Source: a virus
Taxonomy: Duplodnaviria; Caudoviricetes
Strand: one strand, 5' to 3'
Virus record (IMG/VR): IMGVR_UViG_3300043399_000882
Location: 1 to 32,973 of that record
DNA length: 32,973 nucleotides
The notes under the pieces are model-generated. The model saw only the letters and a list, made by a program, of their open reading frames with translations. It was not told where the DNA came from and did not search any database. The position numbers and the translations under genes were made by a program. Within the stretch, counting starts at the first letter, position 1. Each line of letters opens with the position of its first letter. Below, one piece after another: positions 1 to 7,348 of the stretch.

Positions 1-323
1 GGCTAAGTTGTCAGATGTACCAGCGTTCCATGGATGTTTTTTTAGGTTGTCCGTTTAATATTGCAAGCTACGCATTGTTCACGCATATGATTGCACAAGT
101 GTGTAACCTAGAAGTTGGGGATTTAATTATTTCAGTTGGTGATGCACACATTTACAAAAATCACATTGAACAAGTTAAAGAACAGCTAACACGCACTCCG
201 ATGAGAGCGCCGTCCGTTAGATTAAATCCAAACATTCAAGTAATTACAGATTTTGAAATGGACGATATTGAACTCGTGGGCTACACGTCTCACCCAGCAA
301 TCAAGGCACCAATGGCTGTTTAA
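1..323 (+). CDS. thyA: Thymidylate synthase, C-terminal part (5' end lies outside the window)
   Basis: The frame is open from the window edge and reads [23 protein letters not shown]...GDAHIYKNH...[10 protein letters not shown]. It contains the canonical QRSxD, PFN (Asn that specifies dUMP), DxHIY and C-terminal MAV motifs. Confidence 0.97.
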   Translation, partial: LSCQMYQRSMDVFLGCPFNIASYALFTHMIAQVCNLEVGDLIISVGDAHIYKNHIEQVKEQLTRTPMRAPSVRLNPNIQVITDFEMDDIELVGYTSHPAIKAPMAV

Positions 324-342
324 CTACCTAAGTGAGCGAGCC

Positions 343-1188
343 GTGCAAGGAATTTATTGTATAGAACACATCGATTCTGGTAGAAAATACATAGGGAGTT
401 CAACTAACATTAATAAAAGATTATCAGATCACAAAAAGGGTTTAATATCGCATCAGCACCATAATATATTATTGCAGAGAGCAGTGGATAAGTACGGCAT
501 TGAGTCATTCAATTTTTACATAATTGAAGAAACTAACTTCCTTAGCAGAAAAGAGTTACTATCTTATGAACAATTATTCCTTGATAAAAACATTGGTGGG
601 TATAACATTGCTCCCGCGAATGGCGGGGATTGTATAAGTAACCATCCAAACAAACTTCAAATTATTGAAAAAGCTAAAATTTCGAATAATAAGAGACTTC
701 AGAGGCTAACAGCAGAAGAACGAAAATTGAAATATGGAAACGCGGGTCAGAAAAATGGCATGTATGGCAAAACACATAACAATGCTGTGAAAAATCAAGC
801 TCGTCTTCGCGCAATTGGTAATTCATATGCCAAAGGTGTAGTGCGTTCTGATCAATTTAAAGAAAAAATCAGCAAGTCAATGAAGGGAAGATTTATTAAG
901 GAGAAAAATCACTTTTATGGAAAACACCATTCTGAGGAAACTAAACAAAAATTAAGAAATCGTGATTATGCATGGATTAAAGGAATCGATCCGTCTTTAT
1001 TGCCGTACACTAAGAGATATCAAATAACATACTCAAATGGCGAGACCAGAATTTTTGCAGGGTTAAAAGCAATAGCTGATGAGTTCAATGTTAGTATCGA
1101 AAATGTACATGCCACCATTAAAAGGATTAAAGCCGGGAATATACCGAAAAGAGGAGTATTCGCCGGCTTATTTTTAGAAGAAATTTAA
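343..1188 (+). CDS. Free-standing GIY-YIG homing endonuclease with NUMOD3-type DNA-binding repeats (Seg/I-TevI-like)
   Basis: GIYCIEHIDSGRKYIGSS..INKRLSDH...EQLFLD...GYNI carries the GIY-YIG motif, catalytic Arg, Glu and YN. Repeats KNGMYGKTH and KNHFYGKHHSEETKQKL follow. The likely start is GTG at 343, 19 nt after the thyA stop with GAG upstream, rather than the ORF-track ATG at 253. Confidence 0.92.
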   Translation: MQGIYCIEHIDSGRKYIGSSTNINKRLSDHKKGLISHQHHNILLQRAVDKYGIESFNFYIIEETNFLSRKELLSYEQLFLDKNIGGYNIAPANGGDCISNHPNKLQIIEKAKISNNKRLQRLTAEERKLKYGNAGQKNGMYGKTHNNAVKNQARLRAIGNSYAKGVVRSDQFKEKISKSMKGRFIKEKNHFYGKHHSEETKQKLRNRDYAWIKGIDPSLLPYTKRYQITYSNGETRIFAGLKAIADEFNVSIENVHATIKRIKAGNIPKRGVFAGLFLEEI

Positions 1189-2465
1189 ACTACTAACACT
1201 TCAATAACGCCAAGGCTCTTGTTGTTATCTTCAAGAGCTTTTGCTACGACTGCGCTAGGGTGATCGTCAGCAGTTGCTGATGTGGCATACCCAGCATACA
1301 TACTTGTTACAAGTAAATCGCCTCGTTTTACTGGTCCTGCCACCTTACAGGGCACTCGCCCCTTCAATGCGATAAAAGGATGGGTGCTATCCGGTCCTGC
1401 ATCAGAATTCATCATATATGCTGGATTTCGACTCACAATACCAATAACTGACGTATTTGCGTGTTCGTTAGTCACTGTAACTTCTTTTTCTCCGCCAATA
1501 ACTAGGACAGTACCAACATCATAAGACGAATCAGACTCATATCGTTCTGCCAAGTCCGCATATCGAGCAGAAGTAGCAGTACCGTATAGGATGTTGCCAC
1601 GTAAATCTTGCACATTAATTGTCCCATCTTGATCTCTCTGAACAATTGTATAAGATGACGTTGATATTGATGCTGTTGAATAATACGATGTACTTGTGGT
1701 GCTTGTACTCGATTTAATTGCATCTGAATTGCCGCCTAACGACTTGTGCGCAGTGTATGCGTTAGTTGACGTAGTAGCATAGTCACTATAAGATGCCGTG
1801 CCCCAAAGTTTATAAACACCTGACCGAATTACCGGAACTGTGTAACCGTAGTTTGTTACTGATGTGGCTGTAGTACCTTTTAGTGTAATTCCTCGACCAA
1901 TCAATGGAAAATCCCCGGGAGATGACGGAGTCACTGTTTGGTTCGCAATAACTGTGATTATATCTTCAGACTGATCCGAAGTGGCAATCGCAGCTTTCAG
2001 GATTGGAACAATTTGCTGCTCTTCTCCCTGCTCTTGTCCAGGTATCCAATATGCTTTGTTCGAGGATGGAGACAGCGGTCCTACAACTTTGAATTCTGCC
2101 CCGTCAAATGCTTTTAATTGAAAATTATCCGAATCCCACCAAAGATCGCCACGTTGTCTAAGATTTACAGAAGGCTCGCCGCTCTGAACAAAAATGTTTG
2201 CTAGATTTTTGAACCCTTTGCCGTCGTAGTAAACCTTTAATGTTTTATTAGAACTGTCATACCAAATCTGTCCTTTGATCGGTCTCGCCGGAGCTGAAGC
2301 ACTTGAAAAATTCTCTAAAAGCTTTAAGAAATTGTCATTAACTACCTGTCCATACCCAGAATAATTTTTACCAACAAAGGTTAAGTCTGTTGAGTTGCTG
2401 TCCAAACTCGCATCGCCCACAGTAGTGAGTTTGGTGCCGTCGGATTTATATAAAATATAAGGCAT
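1185..2465 (-). CDS. Tail fibre/spike paralog 1 with C-terminal Peptidase_G2-like intramolecular chaperone/autocleavage domain
   Basis: Has the shared N-terminal module (FVGKNYSGYGQVVNDNFLKLLENF..P.RPIKGQIWYD). The C-terminus reads ARYADLAERY...GTVLVIGG..VIGIVSRNPAYMMN...ALKGRVPCKV.G.VKRGDLL. Confidence 0.75.
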   Translation of the reverse strand: MPYILYKSDGTKLTTVGDASLDSNSTDLTFVGKNYSGYGQVVNDNFLKLLENFSSASAPARPIKGQIWYDSSNKTLKVYYDGKGFKNLANIFVQSGEPSVNLRQRGDLWWDSDNFQLKAFDGAEFKVVGPLSPSSNKAYWIPGQEQGEEQQIVPILKAAIATSDQSEDIITVIANQTVTPSSPGDFPLIGRGITLKGTTATSVTNYGYTVPVIRSGVYKLWGTASYSDYATTSTNAYTAHKSLGGNSDAIKSSTSTTSTSYYSTASISTSSYTIVQRDQDGTINVQDLRGNILYGTATSARYADLAERYESDSSYDVGTVLVIGGEKEVTVTNEHANTSVIGIVSRNPAYMMNSDAGPDSTHPFIALKGRVPCKVAGPVKRGDLLVTSMYAGYATSATADDHPSAVVAKALEDNNKSLGVIEVLVV

Positions 2466-2480
2466 CTTGATTTATCCAAT

Positions 2481-3509
2481 TTATAAAATAACTGCTTCTA
2501 CGTAGCCAGTATCTTGGCTGTGTGTTAAGGCAACCGCAAATATGTTTAGTTGTAACTCTTGCGTAGCAATAGCACAACCGTTGGGTCCGGGAATCAAATA
2601 ATCGCCTTTATTGACATCTCCAACTACTTTAACTGGGACTCGGCCCTTTAAAGCAACGTATGTTCCACCCTCTAGATCCGAATTCATCATATATCCGGGA
2701 TTTATAGAAACAACACCGATTGCCTTTGTACCTGGAGAACAAGCACACACTTCAGCGACGCCGCCAACGATCATTACTGTACCAAATTCATATTCAGCAT
2801 CAGCTAGGTACTTTTCTGCTAAATCAGCGTACCTAGCTGACGTTGCAACACCGTGACCAACATTAAATCTAATGTCACCGCTACTATCTCTGGCAACCAC
2901 CTTACTTGCGTTTGGTTGTTGAACATCGCCAACATCAACTGACCACGTTGTGGCCGCTGATCCGTTAAAGTTGTTGCCTGTAAGATACGACCCCCGAGTC
3001 AACGTGTTGGTTGTATTTGAAGTCAGTGTAATGTTTGCTGTGCCATCAAAGCTCACACCGTTAATAGTGCGTGCAGTATCAAGTCTCGAAGCTGACGAAA
3101 CAGATAAGTCTGCTCCACCAACTAAAATATACTCTCCAGCTCCATTCTTAATATACAGTCTATCAACATCAGTGTCATACCAAAAATCATAAGGATTCTG
3201 ATCTGAAGGGTCGATAGTTTGGGAAAATTCAAAATTAGGCAAATTGGACCACTTAGCAGATCCTTGATACACTTTTAAATGATTCGTCGATGTTGAAGTA
3301 TCATACCAAAGCTGCCCGATAGACGGCGACACAGGAGCCGTGGATTTGGCAAAATTCTCAAGTAAATGTAAAAAGTTTTCGTTTTGATAAAGACCGTAAT
3401 TAATAACGTTTTTACCAACTAGCGTCACACTTAGTGATCCGGTATCGACTTGGCCATCTTCGATAAAAAATCGCTCGCTGCCGTCACTTCGTTCTATATT
3501 ATATGCCAT
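2481..3509 (-). CDS. Tail fibre paralog 2 with C-terminal Peptidase_G2-like chaperone domain
   Basis: Has the same N-terminal module (LVGKNVINYG..QNENFLHLLENF..P.SP.IGQLWYD), a tail-fibre repeat (ASRLDTARTINGVSFDGTANITL) and the C-terminal ARYADLAEKY...ALKGRVPVKV domain. Confidence 0.78.
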   Translation of the reverse strand: MAYNIERSDGSERFFIEDGQVDTGSLSVTLVGKNVINYGLYQNENFLHLLENFAKSTAPVSPSIGQLWYDTSTSTNHLKVYQGSAKWSNLPNFEFSQTIDPSDQNPYDFWYDTDVDRLYIKNGAGEYILVGGADLSVSSASRLDTARTINGVSFDGTANITLTSNTTNTLTRGSYLTGNNFNGSAATTWSVDVGDVQQPNASKVVARDSSGDIRFNVGHGVATSARYADLAEKYLADAEYEFGTVMIVGGVAEVCACSPGTKAIGVVSINPGYMMNSDLEGGTYVALKGRVPVKVVGDVNKGDYLIPGPNGCAIATQELQLNIFAVALTHSQDTGYVEAVIL

Positions 3510-3511
3510 AT

Positions 3512-4507
3512 TTAAATCCCTATTACATTTCTAAGACCTGATGTAAAGTTCCATGCTGCCCAAGTATGTGCATTTGTCACATAATAAGCCCTAATTTGAT
3601 ATCCTTCTGTTGGTACATGATATCTACACAATACCCTAGCTTGAGTATTTGGTAAAAGACCAGAGATAACCGTACTTGTTGATGTAGCAGTTGTGGCCGC
3701 TGGCGGGAACAATACTGTTAAAATTTCACAGATTTTTACATTCTGCTGATCTATTTGCGTGGGGTTGCTGCCGCTATTACCAATTCCAGAATAAACGCTT
3801 GCCAAATCGCTAATATCTAAGGTTGTTGACAAGTAATCATTAGTCAACTGCCCATGAACTTTCATGTCCCCGACAACTGTTACTCCAGATACAACAGTTT
3901 TGGATGGCGTATCTGGCATGTATACCGCTGCGTCAGTAGTATCCATTTCAAATGATGAACCAGTTGGGCTTGAATACGTCAACGCAATCACACTGCCGTA
4001 GGACTTGAGAACCAGTACGTTTTTAGAATCCAGTGTCACTGCCTCTTTCACTGGTGTGTAACTACCAGTAGGCGAGCTTGAAGGCAACACAAATCCTGTC
4101 TCACCTATCGTGCTAGGATACGAAGGCCCTATGACTCTAGTCTCACCCTGAATGTACATTTTTAATTGCCCATTCACAGAATCAAACCAAAAATCTCCAG
4201 GAAGCAGGCTCGGGGATTGAGAATCTGATATTTCAACAGAACCAACTACTTTAAATCCGTCATCATAAACTTTTAACCTACGTATAGAAGTGTCATACCA
4301 CAATTGACCTCGCAAGGGACTTCTAGGTGGACTCCCAGTAACCGACGCGAAGTTTGCCAACATCTTAACTAAGTTATTGTTAAGGGATTCACCGTAGGAA
4401 TCTCGATTCCTACCAATCAACGATATGCTAGTTGTTGATTGATCTATTTGTCCGTCCGCAAGTAAAACCAGTGTTGTACCATCAGTATTTAGAATTGTAT
4501 AAGCCAT
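3512..4507 (-). CDS. Tail fibre/baseplate appendage paralog 3
   Basis: Has the same N-terminal module (LIGRNRDSYGESLNNNLVKMLANF..PPRSPLRGQLWYD...GDFWFD). The C-terminus is distinct and I do not recognise it. Confidence 0.65.
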   Translation of the reverse strand: MAYTILNTDGTTLVLLADGQIDQSTTSISLIGRNRDSYGESLNNNLVKMLANFASVTGSPPRSPLRGQLWYDTSIRRLKVYDDGFKVVGSVEISDSQSPSLLPGDFWFDSVNGQLKMYIQGETRVIGPSYPSTIGETGFVLPSSSPTGSYTPVKEAVTLDSKNVLVLKSYGSVIALTYSSPTGSSFEMDTTDAAVYMPDTPSKTVVSGVTVVGDMKVHGQLTNDYLSTTLDISDLASVYSGIGNSGSNPTQIDQQNVKICEILTVLFPPAATTATSTSTVISGLLPNTQARVLCRYHVPTEGYQIRAYYVTNAHTWAAWNFTSGLRNVIGI

Positions 4508-4510
4508 AAT

Positions 4511-6325
4511 TTACGTCTTTATTATGTAATTAATATACGTACCAGTATTTGTACCTGTGGTAACATATGTTGAAGTAGTCATATTTGGCACCTTAAATGT
4601 TCCAGCGCCGCTGTCACCACCAAATGTCATACCGATAGCACCATATAGATTTTGGTAAACTGCGTTAGAGTACGAACTCCCGTCACACGCCAACCAACCA
4701 ACAGGCGCCCCAGTTCCACCAAACGGCGAGACAAATCCCGGTGGGAAAACTCCTCCTATGAACGCATCTCGATTCATCTTACGCAATTCCGAAGTAGAAG
4801 TATCTAACACAAGAATTTGATGAGAACTTGTTGAAACTGTAGCCTGACTCTGTGCCGAAATAGCTGTCGGCGAAAGCGACACTTGAAACGTCTTATCTGC
4901 TCCACTTCCGTTAAAAACAACATCACTTACTGTTTGTACCTGACCAGAAATTCTAAATGTGGTTGCGTTTTGTAATCCTCCAGCATTTCCGGTGATATTA
5001 CCATACACTGTAATTAACGACCCAGCCGGCGATTTGATTTCGCCAGTCATGTAAATATCCTTAAACGACGATTGCATAGAACCAATGCTATATGTACTAG
5101 AATTTGCCGGTACAATAATGCTACCATTTCCCGAAGTACTACCGAGAGTTAGTACACCTGTGCTGGTTGTATTTCCAGAAACGACTACATTCCCTCCAAA
5201 AATAGCTCCACCATCTGCTGTTATGCTACCTTGACTTATTGAAACAGATGTAGAGGTACCGATTACTGCGGTATAAGCAGACATCCCACTTTCAACAATA
5301 AGCGTCTTTTTACTAGTCACACTAGCATTATCAGCCACAAGTATATCAGATAATCCCTGATCGCCTCGTATCTTAAAAAGAATGCGTCCAGTTGACGAAT
5401 TATTAAGAATTATCGCATCTTCATAGTTTTTATAAAATTGAATATACTTTGTACTAGATATAGATGTGTCATTTTTAATAACCACACCGTGACTTCCTTC
5501 TCCAGAAGTTTTAGCAGTCTTAAAAACAACATTACCAGTAATTACTTGACCAAATGCTGAGGTATCGTCTTTTCTTAAAAATTTATCAGTAGTATATACT
5601 GATACTCCGTCCGAGCTTATCAACGATTTCGAAGTTTCAGAAATCCCGTTAAAAACTGGTACTGCCTCTATACCATTACGTCGTGGTAAGTTGATGCCTG
5701 GAACAATCTTATAAAATCCATCTAAACTGAGATTGTCACCAATATTACCGCCACGAAGTATAAAAGTCTCTTGAGAAATTATAGCAATAATCTGGTTATT
5801 AGCTATAATAGTTGTGACCCAATGAGGATTGCTAGCAGTATCCATCAGTTGAGTAAAACTAACTCCAGTCAGGCTGCTACCGCCAGAACTAGGACCAACT
5901 GTTACCCAAGAATTACTATTAAATAGTTTTAACAAGTTATTGGATGTATCAACCCATAGATCGCCAACTTTAACACTAGTTCCAGTCAATTTAGGGTCAG
6001 TACCTTGCTGGAAAATTCCATTCGCACTAGACCAGCTAGTTGACGATGCAGTGCCGTCCATTATCCTTAAAACTTTTCTATTAGGATTGCTCGTATCATA
6101 CCAAAGCTGCCCTTCGATAGGATTCGAAGGAGGATTTGGGCCTGAGAAATTTTCTAATAGGGATAAGAAATTTTGAGCTAGTTTACGACCATAATCGGGA
6201 TACCCCCTGCCTATTAGTGCTAGACTAGTATCAACTAGATTGATATATGGTGCTGTTCCCGGCACAACAACTGTTTCAGTTTTCCTAGGATCAGAAAAAA
6301 TTAAATTGTAATCATTTTGTGACAT
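4511..6325 (-). CDS. Tail fibre paralog 4 with C-terminal phage tail collar domain
   Basis: Has the same N-terminal module (LIGRGYPDYG..LAQNFLSLLENF..PPSNPIEGQLWYD). The C-terminus PPGFVSPFGG..APVGWLACDG..Y..LYGAIG..FGG....TFKVPNM...NYIIKT is a typical collar motif. Confidence 0.85.
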   Translation of the reverse strand: MSQNDYNLIFSDPRKTETVVVPGTAPYINLVDTSLALIGRGYPDYGRKLAQNFLSLLENFSGPNPPSNPIEGQLWYDTSNPNRKVLRIMDGTASSTSWSSANGIFQQGTDPKLTGTSVKVGDLWVDTSNNLLKLFNSNSWVTVGPSSGGSSLTGVSFTQLMDTASNPHWVTTIIANNQIIAIISQETFILRGGNIGDNLSLDGFYKIVPGINLPRRNGIEAVPVFNGISETSKSLISSDGVSVYTTDKFLRKDDTSAFGQVITGNVVFKTAKTSGEGSHGVVIKNDTSISSTKYIQFYKNYEDAIILNNSSTGRILFKIRGDQGLSDILVADNASVTSKKTLIVESGMSAYTAVIGTSTSVSISQGSITADGGAIFGGNVVVSGNTTSTGVLTLGSTSGNGSIIVPANSSTYSIGSMQSSFKDIYMTGEIKSPAGSLITVYGNITGNAGGLQNATTFRISGQVQTVSDVVFNGSGADKTFQVSLSPTAISAQSQATVSTSSHQILVLDTSTSELRKMNRDAFIGGVFPPGFVSPFGGTGAPVGWLACDGSSYSNAVYQNLYGAIGMTFGGDSGAGTFKVPNMTTSTYVTTGTNTGTYINYIIKT

Positions 6326-6328
6326 ATT

Positions 6329-6976
6329 TTACATCCCAGTCAAACTCTGTATTCTAACAGTATAGTCTATTTGAATCATACGATTTAAAGATTTCTGTAC
6401 CGGATGGAATATAACATGGGTCAGTAATTCGCCTGTCCCGACCCCGTCGGCGCTATAACCACGAAGACCGATCTCATCAAATACGTATGTTCCGTCAGTA
6501 TTTGTTGCGTTATCGAAAGCAGCCTGACCACTGGGTTCTCCAAAATCAAGGAGGCAGCTAACAAGAACATCGGCATAGGGTGTTCCTGCAACGTGCCGGA
6601 CTTCCATAAAATTCCTTGATGGGTCAATGTCAGTTGGTTGCTGTGCATCAACAACCTTCGTATATGTTTGATTATATAGGTTCGCACTAGAGCCAACTAC
6701 GTTAGGCGTCAAATATGTAATGATCCCAGTTTGATCAACCCGTGTGCCGCCATTCCCAAATGACATCTCAGAAATAAAACCAAATCCTTGATTGCTAATT
6801 CCTCTAGCAAGTGCTTTGGCAAAATTCTCGAAATGTATTGCATTTCGTTTATCAACAAATACTTCAGCTGTTTTCGGGTCGTATATTTTCAAGTGTCCTT
6901 GAATGCTCACTCCCCCGTGTTCGTTGGGTTTAGTCTGCGGTGCTTGTGGTAATTTCATTTCTTTGTTAGCTTCCAT
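6329..6976 (-). CDS. Conserved virion structural protein (probable baseplate/fibre attachment)
   Basis: Beta-rich 215-aa protein (GHLKIYD...NAIH...FGNGGT...FDEIGL...LLTHVIFHPVQKSLNR.IQIDYTVRIQ) located between the baseplate and fibre genes, with its own late-promoter motif. Confidence 0.55.
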   Translation of the reverse strand: MEANKEMKLPQAPQTKPNEHGGVSIQGHLKIYDPKTAEVFVDKRNAIHFENFAKALARGISNQGFGFISEMSFGNGGTRVDQTGIITYLTPNVVGSSANLYNQTYTKVVDAQQPTDIDPSRNFMEVRHVAGTPYADVLVSCLLDFGEPSGQAAFDNATNTDGTYVFDEIGLRGYSADGVGTGELLTHVIFHPVQKSLNRMIQIDYTVRIQSLTGM

Positions 6977-6981
6977 TACGA

Positions 6982-6988
6982 TATTTAT
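6982..6988 (-). promoter_or_regulatory. Putative late promoter for the 215-aa protein and the fibre genes
   Basis: ATAAATA in a 17-nt intergenic gap, 5 nt before the ATG. Confidence 0.6.
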
Positions 6989-6993
6989 CCTAG

Positions 6994-7338
6994 TTAAAAA
7001 CTCGTCAACGCAAGTTTAACCCATGAATTAGTATCAACACACAGATACATATAATTTTCAGAAATAGCAAATGTCCCAACTACACCAGTTGATGTTGAAC
7101 TGGTCGGAACTGTTGTTGTTTTAACAAGTCCTGGGATCCCCCGAGGTCCCGAAGGACCTGAAGGACCAACTGGCCCGAAAGGTCCCATCGGGCCAGTTGG
7201 TCCTCTTACGGAACTAGATGTTATAGATGATACAACTGTATTTAAAGGGACTCTAAGGGCAACTTGATTATCAACTGCCACAAAATATGTGCCGCTACTA
7301 ACCGAAGTTAAAATTGGTAATTTGTTAACATATGGCAT
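6994..7338 (-). CDS. Small collagen-like (Gly-X-Y) fibre protein
   Basis: Contains GPT-GPM-GPF-GPV-GPS-GPS-GPR-GIP-GLV, and a C-terminal PTSSTSTG..G.FA....YMYLCV..NSW motif typical of phage fibres. An AAGGA Shine-Dalgarno lies upstream. Confidence 0.75.
   Translation of the reverse strand: MPYVNKLPILTSVSSGTYFVAVDNQVALRVPLNTVVSSITSSSVRGPTGPMGPFGPVGPSGPSGPRGIPGLVKTTTVPTSSTSTGVVGTFAISENYMYLCVDTNSWVKLALTSF
7123..7203 (-). repeat. Collagen Gly-X-Y coding repeat (9 triplets)
   Basis: GC-rich sequence with 9-nt periodicity encoding seven GPx triplets followed by GIP and GLV. Confidence 0.85.
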
Positions 7339-7348
7339 TTTATATCCT

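Noticed and set aside
253-342. ORF-track N-terminal extension of the endonuclease overlapping thyA, and a possible +1 frameshift at GTT-TAA-C giving a ThyA-endonuclease fusion
   Set aside because: GIY-YIG domains normally start within a few residues of GIY, and a GTG with GAG upstream lies at 343. ThyA needs a free C-terminus, and there is no RF2-style stimulatory Shine-Dalgarno. The open frame is most simply chance.
324-1188. Group I intron hosting the endonuclease
   Set aside because: thyA is complete to its MAV* end before the endonuclease, there is no downstream exon, and there is no non-coding room for a ribozyme core.
1405-2694. Exact 15-bp repeat GAATTCATCATATAT (1405-1419 and 2680-2694) as a DGR template/variable repeat or a recombination site
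   Set aside because: It encodes the conserved YMMNS of two paralogs. Flanking differences are not adenine-specific, and no reverse transcriptase or invertase is present in the window.
3507-3516. TAAATATG and similar TAAATTATG / TAAAATATG junctions between fibre genes as late promoters
   Set aside because: They are explained by a TAA stop plus 2-3 nt plus ATG (translational coupling), and are too close to the ATG to transcribe it.
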